DNA from: Hemiscyllium ocellatum
Taxonomy: Eukaryota
Direction: 5' to 3'
Length of the DNA: 64,000 nucleotides
Assembly (NCBI RefSeq): GCF_020745735.1
Contig: NC_083416.1
Location: 66,737,131-66,801,130, forward strand
The position numbers were made by a program, and so were the translations under genes. Position 1 is the stretch's first letter. Every line of letters starts with the position of its first letter. Under the pieces are notes generated by a model, which was given only the letters and a program-made list of their open reading frames with translations, did no database searches and was not told the origin of the DNA. Of the stretch, positions 40,440 to 53,854 are shown piece by piece.

Positions 40440-42340
40440 TTCTCCCACTTACCCAAAATGCACAAACTTAACTTCCCCAGTTGACCCATCATGTCTGCTT
40501 GCCCCTGCCCCACCAGATTTATCTCCCCATATCTTGACACCGTCCTGTTCCCCCACTGGTTCAGGAACTCCTCGCATACATTGAGGACACCATTCACACC
40601 CTACATCTCCTTCATGACTTTAATTTACCCAGTACCCAACGCCTCATCTTCACCATGTACATTCAGTCCCCATACACATCCATCCATCATGGTGAAGCCT
40701 TCCAAGCCCTTTGTTTCCTACTCCGCCACTGACCCAACCAGTACACCTCCACCGACACACTCATTCGATTGGCGGAACTGGTCCTCACCCTTGACAACCT
40801 CTCCTTTGAATTCTCCCATTCCCTTCAGACCAAAGGGGTAGCCATGGACCCCTGATGGGCCCCAGCTATGCCTGCCTCTTCATTGAATACATGGAACAGT
40901 CCATCTTCCGTAGTTACACTGGCATCATTCCCCACCTTTTCCTCCATTACATTGATAACTGTATCAGCGCCACCTCATGCTCCCAACTGGATATTGAACA
41001 GTTCATCAACTTCTCGAACACCTTTCACCCTGACTTCAAGGTCACCTGGACCATTTCAGACACCTCCCTCCCTTCCTGGACCTCTCCATCTCCATTTCCA
41101 ATAAATGACTCAACATGGACTTCTCCTTCAAACCCACTGACTCCACAGTTACCAGTAAAAATGCTATCCCTTACTCCCAATTCCTCCGCCTACACCGTAT
41201 CTGCTCCCAGGAAAACCAATTCCACACCAGGGCATCCTAGATGGCCTCCACTTCAAGGACCGTAATTTCCCCTTCCATATGGTCAACGATGCCCTCCAGT
41301 GCATCTCCTCCACTTCCCGTAACTCTGCCCCCTGAGCCCTATCCCTTCAACTACAACAAGGATAGAAGCCCTCAGTCCTTCCACCCCACTAATCTCTGGA
41401 TACAGCACATAATTCTCCACCATTTCCATCACCTACAGTCAGACCCCACCACGAGAGATATATTTGCCTCCCCACCCATATCAGCATTCCACAGAAACCA
41501 TTCCCTCGGTGACTCCCTCTTTAGATCCACATTCCCAACCAACCCATCTTCCTCACCTGGCACCTTCCCTTGCCGTTGCAAGAAGTGTAAAACCTGCGCC
41601 CACACCTCCACCCCCCACCTCCATGCAAGGGCCTAAAGGATCCTTCCACATCTGGCAGAGATTTTCCTGCACCTCCAAACACCTCATCGACTGTGTTTGT
41701 TGTCCTCGATGTGGTCTTCTCTACGTTGGGAAGACAAGATTCTATATTGGGGAGACAGGACACCTACTCATGGAATGTTTCAGGGAACATCTCTGGGGCA
41801 CATGTACCAAACAACCCCACTGTCCCGTGGCCGACCACTTCAGCTTCCCCTCCCACTTCACCAAGGACATGTCGATCCTGGGCCTTCTCGACCGTCAAAC
41901 CCTAACCACCTGATGTCTGGAGGAAGAACGCCTCCAACCACACAGCATCAATGTCAATTTCACCAGTTTCCTTATCTCCTTTCCCCCACCTCATCCTAGA
42001 TCCAACCCTCCAACTCAGCACCACCCTCTTCATATGTCCTAAAATTCCATCTTCCTTCTCACCTATTCACTACACCTTCCCCTCCGACCTATCACCATTA
42101 CTCCACACCTGCATCTATCACCTTCCCATCTTTCCCCCAGCCCCACTCGCACCTTCCTGTTTATCTCTCAGCCCCCTTCACCCCCCACCCGCACCCCCAG
42201 ACTCCACCTCCTTGCCCCCCCACCCCCCTCCCCACCTCCTCACATTCCTGATGAAAGGCTTATGCCTAAAATGTCTGTTCTCCTGCTCCTTGGATGCTAC
42301 CTGACTGGCTGTGCTTTTCCAACACCACATTTTTCGTCTC
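40440..42340 (+). mobile_element. Penelope-like element (family 1), RT and GIY-YIG, decayed; degenerate hammerhead at 42244-42280
   Basis: LPKMHK..PIMSACPCPT, MGPSYACLF, YIDNCI, CPRCGLLYVGKT/YIGETG..FREH. Confidence 0.92.
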
Positions 42341-42604
42341 ATACTTCAATTGGCATCAAGAAAACTTGATTTCTTGTTCTCCAAAACTGATGTGCAATCA
42401 ATAAATAATGTGAGTAACACACACTCCATTCCTGACATATAATGGCAGCACCAATTTAATGAGCACCTTGTGACTACACAAACAGAAATCTGAAATATTG
42501 CCCTATTAAAGAAACTTTTATAGGGTTATGGGGTAAAAAGATGGCATGGGACTAATTGGCTAACTATTTCAAACTGACAGGTATGACAGAATTGTAGAAA
42601 TGCT

Positions 42605-42935
42605 AAAGTGGAAGCAGGTCATTTGGCCTATCAAGTTCACACCAGCACTGTGAAGGGCATCCCACCCAGACCCACCCTGTCCTTCTAAGCCTGCATTTCC
42701 CATGGCTAATCCAGCCAGCTGGCACTTCCCTGAACATTATGTGCAGTTTCACATGGCCAATCCATCTTACTTGCACATCTTTGGTCTCTAGGAAGAAACT
42801 GGGGTACCCAGAAGAAACCCATGTAGACACTGGGAGAATGTGCAAACTCCACACAAACAGCCTCCGGAGGGTGGAGTCGAATGCAAGTCCCTGGTGCTGT
42901 AATGCAACAGAGTTAACCACTGAGCCATGATGCCA
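42605..42935 (-). mobile_element. HE1-type V-SINE (diverged)
   Basis: V-domain and tRNA head on the minus strand. Confidence 0.85.
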
Positions 42936-44290
42936 CCCCAATGATCCAATGATGGTCCAATGATCTCCAAAGGTGCAGTCAGGTTTAACAATTCTCTCTG
43001 AAACAACAAAATTCAGCACAACAAAAGAGTATTGCATTAGTCATGTCATTGCTGTTGTTTTATTGGCTTTCATCCAAATTTTGGAATTTATCATTTTTGG
43101 AGCAGTTGTGACAGTCATCATAATTTAATTCTAAGATCCAAACATTTTGTGACAAATAATATTATACCTTGCACCAAATTGAAGGCAGAAATACAACTGG
43201 TAGATTACAGGGATGGCCATAAATGGCATTTGCTGACATTGAAAAAATAATTTGAATCTCTTATCTGGATCACTATTTTGTAGCACATTGAGAAATATTT
43301 GATATCTTTCCGTGTACCCCAGCTTTTAAGCCTAGAACCATTCTTCCTGTCTCAACTGTTCTGAACAAATCTTATTGCCTTCCAATATATTTTGTCACTT
43401 CAGGCAACCAGATGATGTAGATGGAAAGTGTGACTATGACCAATGTAGGGTTACAGCAAGTACTCAAATTGATTTAAAACAACTCCACGCAGATTTTGAT
43501 CAAGTACTTGACTCCAGGCAATATCTAATAAAAACTTGTATGTATTCAACTACAAAAGATCGACACTGATTTAAGGATTTATATCTATGTGATAAAATCT
43601 ATTTTTGAAGCTCGCGTAAATGTGTTTAAAAGTCATCAAAACAAGCCACTAGTACATTGTCCATCACAAGCAACGTTCCACAAAAGGCAAGATTCTTTGT
43701 CAGTGACTGAACTGCAGCTTTTTCAAGCTTGCAAATGCACATACACAGTGATTAACTTTTTGGAAGGCTTTGTGAAATTTCAGATATTCATAAATACTAA
43801 TCCCAATTAGCCAAGGAGATTTTCATGGTTCTCTATCTTTAAAAAGATCAGCAAGTACTGCATTCCCATCTCCCTTTCATTATAATACATTCCCATTTCT
43901 TTCACACTATACTGACAGGCAGGTGCTTACAATTGGCTGTTTTGCAATCAGAATCATGGGATATTGTGAATTGAATGAAAATGAATGAAATTGAATTGAA
44001 TTAGATTTATTGTCACATGCACACACATGAGGATAGTGATAAGGATACAAGTCACCACTTATATGCCATCTTAGATACAAAGGTATCTGGGTTCAGAATC
44101 TTAGATATAAGATTGTAGGCATTGTTTGGTAGGGTTTCTTACATTGCTTTTGACAATTTACACAATCTCATTCATACCAGTTACATTAAGTGTCTGTCCC
44201 ATTCCACACTAAATCTACCTTGTACATTGTCTTGTGTGCACTTTGAAACATTGTTGTTTGGAAAATTACTGATGCCGAGTAGATCCGCTT

Positions 44291-45025
44291 TAGAGTCATA
44301 GAGTCATAGAGATGTACAGCATGGAAACAGACCCTTCAGTCCAACCTGTCCACCCCGATCAAATATCCCAACCCAATCTCGTCCCACCTGCCAGCACCTG
44401 GCCCATTTCCCACCAAACCCTTCCTATTCATATACCCATCCAAATGCCTCTTAAATGTTACAGTTGTACCTGCCTCCACCACATCCTTTGGCAGCTCATT
44501 CCATACATGTACCACCCTCTCTGTGAAAATGTTGCCCCTTAGGTCTCTTTTATATCTTTCCCCTCTCAGCCTAAACCTATGCCCTCTAGTGCTGGACTCC
44601 CCGATCCAAGGGAAAAGACTTTGTCTATTTATCCTATCCATGCCCCTCATAATTTTGTAAACCTCTATAAGGTCACTCCTCAGCCTCCGACGCTCCAGGG
44701 AAAACAGCCCAGCCTGTTCAGCCTCTCTCTATAGCTCAAATCCTCCAACTCTGACAACATCCTTGTAAATTTTTTCTAAACCTTTTCAAGTTTCACAACA
44801 TCTTTCCGATAGAAAGGAGACCAGAATTGCACGTAATATTCCAACAGTGGCCTAACCAATGTCCTGTACAGCCACAACATGACCTCCCAACTCCTGTACT
44901 CAATACTCTGACCAATAAAGAAAAGCATACCAAACACCTTTTTCACTATCCTATCTACTTGCTATTCCACTTTCAAGGAGCTATGAACCTGCACTCCAAG
45001 GTCTCTTTGTTCAGCAACACTCCCT
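44291..45025 (-). mobile_element. CR1 3' fragment
   Basis: ORF 44336..44650; close match to 39266-39845. Confidence 0.92.
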
Positions 45026-45439
45026 GTATAATTGATTGTTGAAACAATACAACTAAATGGTGTAATAAATACATTCAGCAATCTTGACTCATGCTTTAAG
45101 TGTATCTGCAAAACCCAATGTAGAATCCAATTTTGTGAAAAACTTGATTATTGCCACTTTTGCTGAACTATTTCATTCATGAAAGAAATTGCATAGATTT
45201 ATCTTTTTTTCTATAACAGCGTGATCCATTATATAGTCTTATTTCTCCAATTGCCTTGGGAACAATAGCCAGCTCTAAGCACGATTGTGTTAATTCTGTC
45301 AATGACAATATGACCCCCTTCCAATTATGCCGAGAAACTGAAATTTTACCTTTCCCAACAAAGGATAAGGAATTTTCCTGGGATTGTAAAAACAGCTGGG
45401 TTTAGTGTATTATTATAAGAAAATGTTATATTCTTGCTT

Positions 45440-47276
45440 TTATTCGCCTTTGTCTTTGAATAGCACTGGAAACTCCTGACAAAATTTTCTCTCCACTTCA
45501 TTCTGAAGTGCTGCATCCAATCTATCTAACAGGCCTAGATAAATACACGAATTCTGCTTGACAATGAATTATTTCAGTTTTTCAGTGTAGATTACCTCAC
45601 TGACATCTCCTTGAGGTTTATGGTGATTTGTCTACATACCTGAAAATCTATACTCCTGGACCTTGGAGTTTTATGTTTGTTGGTCAGACTCTCACAGACT
45701 TCAATAATGAAACGTTTCAGACTAAACTCTGCTTCAAACACTTGTGCCTTCAAGCTAATGGCCCACAATCTGTCTTGACTCTCTTTGACCTTATCTAGAA
45801 ATGCTCTCTTCACCTTTTGTTTCATACCTTTAATTTCTTGATTTTTTTCCCCCCAGCTATACAGTTTTAATTTCTTTGAAGAAAACATCTTCTTTGTGTT
45901 AGGGGTGATGAAGGCGCTACAGTGTTTTTTTTTAAACTTTGACACTGTTCATACTACCCCACTTAGCTGCTGCTGCTAGATATTCTTTGTGTTTGTGATT
46001 TTGGTTTTATCCACACCTTGTACAACCTAATATGATCAATGATGTTGATTTGTGCTCTTTGGGCATTTTGGTGATTTTTCAGGAATAAAACAACACCATT
46101 TTGAGGCCTAACCATCCAACCTGGTCAGAGAATCCCTGAATTTTTTTTGCAGAATTATCAATTTTGAGCCCTGACTTCTTTCTATGCACTGACCTGCTCT
46201 ATCTGTTCTGATGTTAAATTTTCCTTGGATTGGAGAAGTCTGACAACTCTTTACCTCTCTCAGTAACTAGTATATGGTCTCAAGTTAATGCACCTTTCAA
46301 AGCTTCATACCTACAACATTCTACTGTTCAATGGGAATCCACTAAAAAGAGTTCCATTGATTCTCCCAAATCACTGTTACTAAATTTCTTTTGAAGCTAA
46401 ACTGTGCATTGAATGTTTTAATCAATGCATAATTCTGAAGCTTCCACTTTCAAATCTTCTACTTTTGGATTTGAGTGGACTTTCTAAATTATCAAATGGC
46501 TGTAATAATAGCAGATTCTCTACCAAAGATGCTTTTCCTTTGGAATATTACACCTCATTGATTTGGGTGAGAACTTGGCTTCCTTTCCTACTGTCAAAGT
46601 GTTCTGTTTGCTCTCCGTGCTATTGCTAGTTTGTGGTTTGGATTCAATGGTTCTTTTCTTGGCCTTCTCGTTTTCCAGCTTCCTACTTTGAAAGCTTCCA
46701 TATTCCATATCCTGTCTTTTGAGGTTTCTTATCTTGTTCAGTTGTGCCTTTGAAGTCTTCTGATGTGTTATCCTGCCTTTGGCATCCCCCTATTTCAGGT
46801 GTGTCCTGTTAATTGGTTGTTTTGTACCTTCAGATCCTAGCTCTGGAGACTTTATTTTCCCCTACATGCCACCATGTTTTCTCTTGTGCTTGAAGCTAAT
46901 ACCACAATCTAGACTTTGAGATGCTTTTCATGAGTATCTTGTTGTGTCTGATATTGCTGTGTCCTTCCACTTCTGACGTATTGTAACAATCTTTATTTAC
47001 ATCTGTATATTACAAATGACTGAATACCGCTATCTAGGGTAGTGTCCAAGACTGTCCATTTTACACACTCCTTCTAGTCAGATTCTTCTCTCCTACTGAT
47101 CTCAGAGTCATGCCGCCAGCTACATTGTCATCATTTGCATATCTCATTGTACTACAGCTACAGGGACTCAACAAATTGCCCTTAGATTGTCTTGTACTTC
47201 CAGTTATTCTTAAGAATAAACTCATGGAGTTTCATTTCTGATGACAAGTGCTTTACTTCCACCTTGTTGTGAGAGT
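45440..47276 (-). pseudogene. Putative large terminal coding exon (K/S/E-rich linker plus C-terminal helical domain)
   Basis: Pyrimidine tract then AAG|A at 47276 continues ..CLKR-LSQQGGSK; segments KQKVKRAFLDKVKESQDRLWAISLKAQVFEAEFSLKRFIIEVCE and YLGLLDRLDAALQNEVERKFCQEFPVLFKDKGE* (stop 45440-45442); many frameshifts. Confidence 0.55.
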
Positions 47277-48079
47277 CTTGTTAGAAGCATTAAGAAAAGT
47301 TCAAAGTAGTTTGGGAAATTTAATATAACATTTTAATAGATTTTTTTTTGGTCATCTTTATATCTTTTCCTATTTTCACATTTTGAAACCATCATCTTTC
47401 ACTGGGTGTAGATGCCACAGTATCTGTATTGCAAAGCAATGTTACACTTTTCATGCCATTGGAAACCCATTTAATACTAGCCAGAGCCAGGTGATTTAAA
47501 GGTTATAATTCAGTCACTGAGAACTAAAAATACTTTAAGCGCAGCAAAGGCAATTTGTAAATGTCAGCATTTGAGATTGAACTGTGAGCCACTAAACTCA
47601 GTGTATTTGTTTCTTTTTATATACAATAATACAAATTTCTATGTGTACCTTTTGAATGTACCAAATACATTGTGATGTATTTGGTACAGTGTGATGGAGG
47701 ACCATAGTTTTAACACAAGTTCCATGTATCATCATGAAAGATGGCACTATTTTGAAAAGGAAATTGTGGTGGTAGAAAATGCTGTTACCACCAGTTTACT
47801 TTTTTATATTGACTGTCATTTGTAACAGTAATATCTGCTGATTTACTTTTTACTATGAATTGTATGTAATGTAATTAATGCACACTGCCATATAAAAACA
47901 TGACTATGTAAACATAACTATTACATCTGTCTTACATTATTGTTGAAACTATGTTGATAATCTGATAAAATATTACTGTTAGTAGTTAGTTAATGGGTTT
48001 AAAATGTTCAAGTTTGGCACCTTTAAAATTACAGAAGAAGCAAACTCTACAAAGGAATTAGATGCTGACAGATGATTAC

Positions 48080-48201
48080 CGTTTCAGACATTCTGCAAGC
48101 AAAACACCAATTAATTGGCATTGACGGGATAAATGTTCTTGTATCATTTCCATGCCAGCGGTGATATCCTTACTACCATATGCCATAAGTTACGCACAAA
48201 C
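48080..48201 (-). pseudogene. Pseudo-exon (122 nt, phase 0-2; alternative acceptor at 48223)
   Basis: VCA*LMAYGSKDITAGMEMIQEHLSRQCQLIGVLLAECLK; donor CG|GTAATC. Confidence 0.68.
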
Positions 48202-49156
48202 CTGGATCGCTACCAATCATCCTCTGGTAGGGAACATAGGAACTGCCACAGATTCTTGTGTCACAAACTGCAAACTCCAAGTAGCCAATTACATGGTATC
48301 TCTCATTCCACATTATGCAACAGTAAATGAAAGGCCGCAGATGAATGATGAATAAGAAACATCTATTGCATCCAAAATGAGAATCAGAAGTTATTCATTG
48401 AATCTGTATTACTGAACAATATCCTTAGGTTATATACATAACAGAATTCACACACATTGAAGTTCATGCTCATCACCACAATATATTATCTTCATTGAAT
48501 TCCAAAGAAAACCTTTCTATCAACAACCAGGCTAATACCCAAAGCATAGTTATTGTTACAGTCAACACATAATCCTTTCAACCTGAGCTAATTAGCTGTG
48601 TTTGATCTGTATATGTGATGTGTCAAATATTTGAGGAGTGACATGTAATGTTGCTCTGTTTTTCTCCTCACCTACATCAGCAGACCTCCTGAGCATTTCC
48701 AGCCCCTTCTATTTTATTTTTATTTCAGGTTTCCATCATCTGCAGTATTTTTGCTTTTGATAACCCATACAGGTGTACAATTCAATCATGGAATGCAACA
48801 TCGAAAAACACCTTCCAGGTGTGTCAGCGTGAAAATTATGCTCTGAAGAATTTCAAGGAAACTTTCAAATGACCATTTGTATGATCAGGTTTTAGTAGAT
48901 ATACTCGAAGAAACAAATTGGTTTTGGATCTTAATGACGTTTGTTAGATGGTCAATGTTTCCATTCAGTTGTAAACTAAATTGTGTGTTTTATAAACATA
49001 GCATTGGTGGTGAACCATTTTTAAATGGTTCAAAAGCGAAATAATATTTAGCTTGTGCATCAAACAGGTGGGGTGACAAATTTCAGAAATCCATTTAAAC
49101 AAATGACTCAAAATATATCATGTAATTCTTTTTTTTTCACAAAGATTGTTACACAC

Positions 49157-49256
49157 CTTCTCTCAGATTTGGTGTTTGTGCCTTCTGCACTGCTTCTCAG
49201 TACATGTTTTGTTGGCCATTTCGGACCATCTACAAAAGCATTGGTGGTGCAACTGC
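49157..49256 (-). pseudogene. Pseudo-exon (100 nt)
   Basis: Acceptor TTCCTTCTATTCCCTCAG|G, donor AAG|GTGTGT; reads QLHHQCFCRWSEMANKTCTEKQCRRHKHQI*EK (phase 2-0) or GSCTTNAF... (phase 1-2). Confidence 0.6.
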
Positions 49257-50083
49257 CTGAGGGAATAGAAGGAATCAAGTTACTTACCAACACTGAAAGA
49301 TCATCATTTTTTTTGTACATCCCTCATGCAGAGAAATCGGTAATGTGTCTTATGCTTGAACTACAGCAGCATTTGTGCTAAATGTGGATTCTCCTGCTCT
49401 ATTAGAAATTCCAGCAATTTTCCACAGTGACAATGAAGGATCAGTGATAGAATTCAATTCATATTGGTGTTTGAATTCATGGAGAATTGCAAGTAAGGTA
49501 TTACTCCTCTGCTCTGTAGATCACATAGGACAGAAGTACTGTTGAAAAAAACCTACTGCCCTAAAAGCACTTAACACCTTGTACAAATTATGTTTAAATT
49601 ATCTGTGTTCTTTGCTAGGATTGCTCTTGGGAATATAATTCATTCTAATTTATCAAAACTGTTTCCTTTTACTCGACTGTACACAAAGATTATCTTCAAC
49701 ACAACTTTGAAAGACCACTTACAATCTTTTTCAAAACAAAAATAAAAATACTTAAGCAGGACAGGTTTACAGGGTTCAGCAGTAAATTTAATTTGCTTTG
49801 GAAAAGGAATTTAAAGACAATGACTTGTGACGAAAAGATTAGGTTAAGTACCGTATTCAATTCCTGTAATGCAGGTGCCATGATTGCACGTAACGATCAA
49901 ATGAAAACAAACAATGCTCAGCTGAATTTCCATCACTTGCTTGAGTACCACCTGACCAAGTTAAAGCTTGAGCCTTCAAATTAGATGACACAAGGTTCAA
50001 TCCCAATTTCTTCATTCCCATGTGTTGGCTGGTAAGAGTGACAAGCAAATTGCACTTGGGTAGCAGAAGTGCTGCTCCGTTAC

Positions 50084-50138
50084 TGACATAAATCCATTGT
50101 AAGCATTAATTGGACAGCTGCAGTCCTGAAGCCAGTGA
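50084..50138 (-). pseudogene. Pseudo-exon (55 nt, phase 1-2)
   Basis: Acceptor CTTCCATTTTCATCATTTTCAG|T, donor CA|GTAACG; (V)TGFRTAAVQLMLTMDLC. Confidence 0.55.
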
Positions 50139-50744
50139 CTGAAAATGATGAAAATGGAAGTGTTTTACTCGTCGCCCTAGTTATTCCATTACTGATCTGC
50201 AGAACAATTTCTATTATGGGTATTGGAACTGGGATTATCCAGTAATATAAATAAAAACACGGACAGAGGTGTCTGAAAGTGTGGGAGGGGCCTGGACACA
50301 TCAGCAACTTTTAAACATGGAAAATAATTAATATTTACATGGGAGGCCAAAACTACAGGTTATAAATGCAGCTACCTATAAGAAAATTCATAAGAATCCT
50401 CTTTGGTCAAAAGTGTGGAAAGCATCTGAAACTCATTACCATGGAAATTTATTGATTTGGGTAGCATAGAAACATTTAAAAAGAAGCTATAGAGAGTAAT
50501 AAAGAAAAGAGACAAAGAACATAAGGACAAAGTCAGGTAGGAAAAGGCTTGTGAGGAGAATAGACACATCGGTATAGACCATTTCGGCTGAATGACCTGT
50601 TTCTGTATGATACATTCTATGTCCGTCTATTTAAAATCAGAATTTAGATCCCACTTGCAAGATGTGCTACAATCTTGAAACTCCCAGATTGTAATACATA
50701 CAAGATCGAAATGCTTATGGTTAAAGTACAGAGAAATATATGGT

Positions 50745-50872
50745 GGCTTCCTGCCTCTATTCCTGATAAAGGGCTTTTGCCCGAAACATTGATTTTCCTG
50801 CTCTTTGTGCTTTTCCAGCACCACTCTGATCTAAACTCTGGTTTCCAGCATTTGCAGTCCTCACTTTTGCCT
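50745..50872 (+). mobile_element. Short PLE family-1 pLTR fragment with hammerhead motif (CUGAUAA variant)
   Basis: CCUGAUAAAGGGCUUUUGCCCGAAACAUUG plus tail. Confidence 0.8.
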
Positions 50873-51377
50873 ATATATAATGGTTGTCAGTCAATCCAGG
50901 ATTGGCTATTTCTATCTTTATGTGACCATGCCCTCAGTATGTTGGAAATACTCTGACTGGCACAAATGTCCTGAGGTTGCATTCTGTCACTTACAGCCCT
51001 TTCTCACACATACTGTCCTATCAGAGCAAATTTACTCATGTCAGATAACCCAGAAGTACATTTAGTACAAGGGTTATTTTAGTTACGAATTTGAAGCACT
51101 GCAGAAGAGCTTCCTTCTTTGAAACTCTTGGTATACATAGCATTAATTGGTTATGATGAGTTAATAAACACCAAATCTTTTTTATTCAATACATGGGAAC
51201 TATACAATATTTCATAAAATTTATCATCTGTATTTTTAGAAGATTGCTGTTTCCTCATTTTTCATATATCTCATACATGTAAATACGTTCTACCAACATC
51301 TTGCCAGTCAGTTCCATTGTCATGGTGGAATGGAAATCTTTCTTTTGATAACATGTTAAACTAAGGATCTTTCTACT

Positions 51378-51690
51378 ATAAGACCATAAGATATAGGGGA
51401 AGAAGCAGCATTCGGCCTATAGAGTCTGCTTTGAAATAGAGTAGGATTATGGGTAATCTGATAATTCTACACCACTGCTTTACCCCATAACCTTGAACTC
51501 CCTGAGTGAAAATCTGTTGATCTTAACTTTGAATATACTTCACGACCTAGCCTCTTCAGCTTTCTACAGTAAATAATTCCACAGGTTGTCTATTTTCTGA
51601 GAAGGAAAAGATAATGTTCTTCTTGTCTTGAAATTAAATGGGTGACACCTTACTCTGAGATTATATCTTCTGATCCTTGACTCTGCTCAT
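51378..51690 (-). mobile_element. CR1 3' fragment (old)
   Basis: (ATAAGACC)n tail and CR1 3' sequence. Confidence 0.7.
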
Positions 51691-51959
51691 TAAACATAAT
51701 TTGCCTCTCTATTGCTACGGAGAATGCACCCGGTTTAAAGTTTGAGCAAAGCCTGGCAATCAACTATTAATCAACGTTATTCGATGCAACATTAATTAAT
51801 CTCTGTGGAAACACCTCAATCAATTCGAATATGGTTATCAACTAATCGGCCATCTCATTATCCACAATAAATATTGGTTTCCCCCTTGAATTGATATTCT
51901 TGTGAATTGTCCACAGTAATTCCTAAGGAAAATAGGTGACCCATCTGAACCAGGTATGA

Positions 51960-52180
51960 GAAGGTTCATCTTTGTCAATGAACATCCAATTTAATTCAGG
52001 CTTGATACAGGAGCAAACTTCACTGTATTATCTGACAAACCTGCTTGGCTGACAAACAAAGCTCCAATTTACATAATGGATGTTCCTTGGTGAAGGTGGA
52101 GCAATCCTCAAAATTAAAAAGAATGCTAATATTGTCATTTAGACATCATGAAAAAATCATTATTTCAGAGAACTTGCACA
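51960..52180 (+). mobile_element. LTR-retrotransposon aspartic protease remnant
   Basis: VNEHPI*FRLDTGANFTVLSDKPAWL (LDTGA motif). Confidence 0.6.
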
Positions 52181-52553
52181 TGTCATTTAAGATGGTATGT
52201 TTCATTTGTAAAATTTGAAATTTGATAAACAGGGTGAATGTTCTTAGAAAACAACGACTACAGACCAGCATTGCACACATTAGCCAGAAAAAGGCTTAAT
52301 AAGCCTCTTAAGAATCTTTGTTGAACCCAAGCAACTGTACGCCCCAGTTAAAATCATTTACATTCGGGCTCAACTCTTGAAGATTCCCAGTGATAGGAGA
52401 AGTGCCCTACAAATTAAGAAAATTAAGTCTGACATTTCAGATGTAAACTGTTTTACTCTTTCCTAAAATACTAAACAATATATAAAAAAGTAAAGCTTCA
52501 CAAATGTTAACTAATGTTATATACTGGGAGTGTAATTTCTTAGATGTGCATAC

Positions 52554-52738
52554 CTTTGATCAAAGATGACACGCCAATGTCACTGGCCATTCCATTTGAA
52601 TAAGGAACAGAGTTATCTATCACATGGTCCATGAATCCAACTTCATATTCTTTGAATAATGGTGCCACTTGATAGACTTCACAACACGATTATCGTAATA
52701 CTCTTTTGAGTCTAGCAATTAAAACTATTTTTGTAAAT
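52554..52738 (-). pseudogene. Pseudo-exon (185 nt, phase 2-1)
   Basis: Acceptor ACTTCATCACTTTGCAG|A, donor AAG|GTATGC; FTKIVLIARLKRVLR*SCCEVYQVAPLFKEYEVGFMDHVIDNSVPYSNGMASDIGVSSLIK (1 stop in 61 codons). Confidence 0.72.
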
Positions 52739-53135
52739 CTGCAAAGTGATGAAGTAAATCAAAGAGACCAGCATCTGATTTTGATTGCAGAAATATAATA
52801 GAGATATTCAAATCTTAAGCACAGGGCAGTTTTGAGCTGCCTTATATGACCACAGCAAGTATATTTGTTCACGTGAGTTGAATTAAAGCTGCATCGTATA
52901 TTAGGGATTAATCCATTGCCCTATTTTAAATCCAGCCATGATTGCAATACAAAGGCATAAATTGATAAAAGGCAAGTTCAGGATTTATGTTTAACTCACT
53001 TCACACAAATAAACCTCAACACCTGGGTAATGGAATAAAGTAATATCGAGATGTGGTTATGTGCTCTAATAAAGGCAAAGATTGGACAGGCTCCTGGTTA
53101 AAAATGAGTCAAAATGGCTACATAGTCTGCTTCAC

Positions 53136-53278
53136 CTGTACCTAGCAATGTGATCTTTATGAAGGAACTTGTCTTAGGTGAGAATCACATGTCCAACAGT
53201 GATAATGCTGCTTTGGAAGATTCAACTTGCCAATCATTCAATCAATTCGGTACAGGAAACCTAGCTTGACCACGCCAC
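53136..53278 (-). pseudogene. Pseudo-exon (143 nt, phase 0-2)
   Basis: Acceptor TTCTTTTTAG|G, donor CAG|GTGAAG; phases fit the neighbouring exons, but this frame has 4 stops (VAWSS*VSCTELIE*LAS*IFQSSIITVGHVILT*DKFLHKDHIARY). Confidence 0.5.
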
Positions 53279-53854
53279 CTAAAAAGAACCATTAAATCAG
53301 TTGTCATTATAATCGAAAAAATCATGGTCATCTTGAGACAAATGCTTAAAAGATTACACTCCAATCCTACTTATCCCATGCACAAGAGAAATGTGTGAGA
53401 TGTAGAAAGAATGGAAATATTTCACAGGCAATTTCCCATAGACACTCTTTGAAACAACACTTTCAATTAAACATTTTCAGTTTTGACAGAATGTTTAGTA
53501 AGTTAGGTCCTGATTACATATTTCATGAATATGCAACATAAAGTTAAATATTCTGATAATTTCTGGATTTGTGTGTTTACTTGAAATGAATTCCCTGTAT
53601 TGTTATCAATACTGGCCACCAGTAATTAGATATTTTTTCTTTATTTTCTTTACATGAGACTGAAATGAGTTCAAGTGTAAAACTTGTCAAAGGCAGGAGC
53701 TCATCAGAAAGCATGCAAATGAATGCCATAAGTATTATTAAGTACTATTTAAACCTGAGCATTTTGCAGTCTACCTACAGGAGACATGACCAGACTCTTC
53801 AGAATGGGAGAAGGGCAACATCAGCTTCAGTAAGTGTACCTAAATCCTGGGGAT

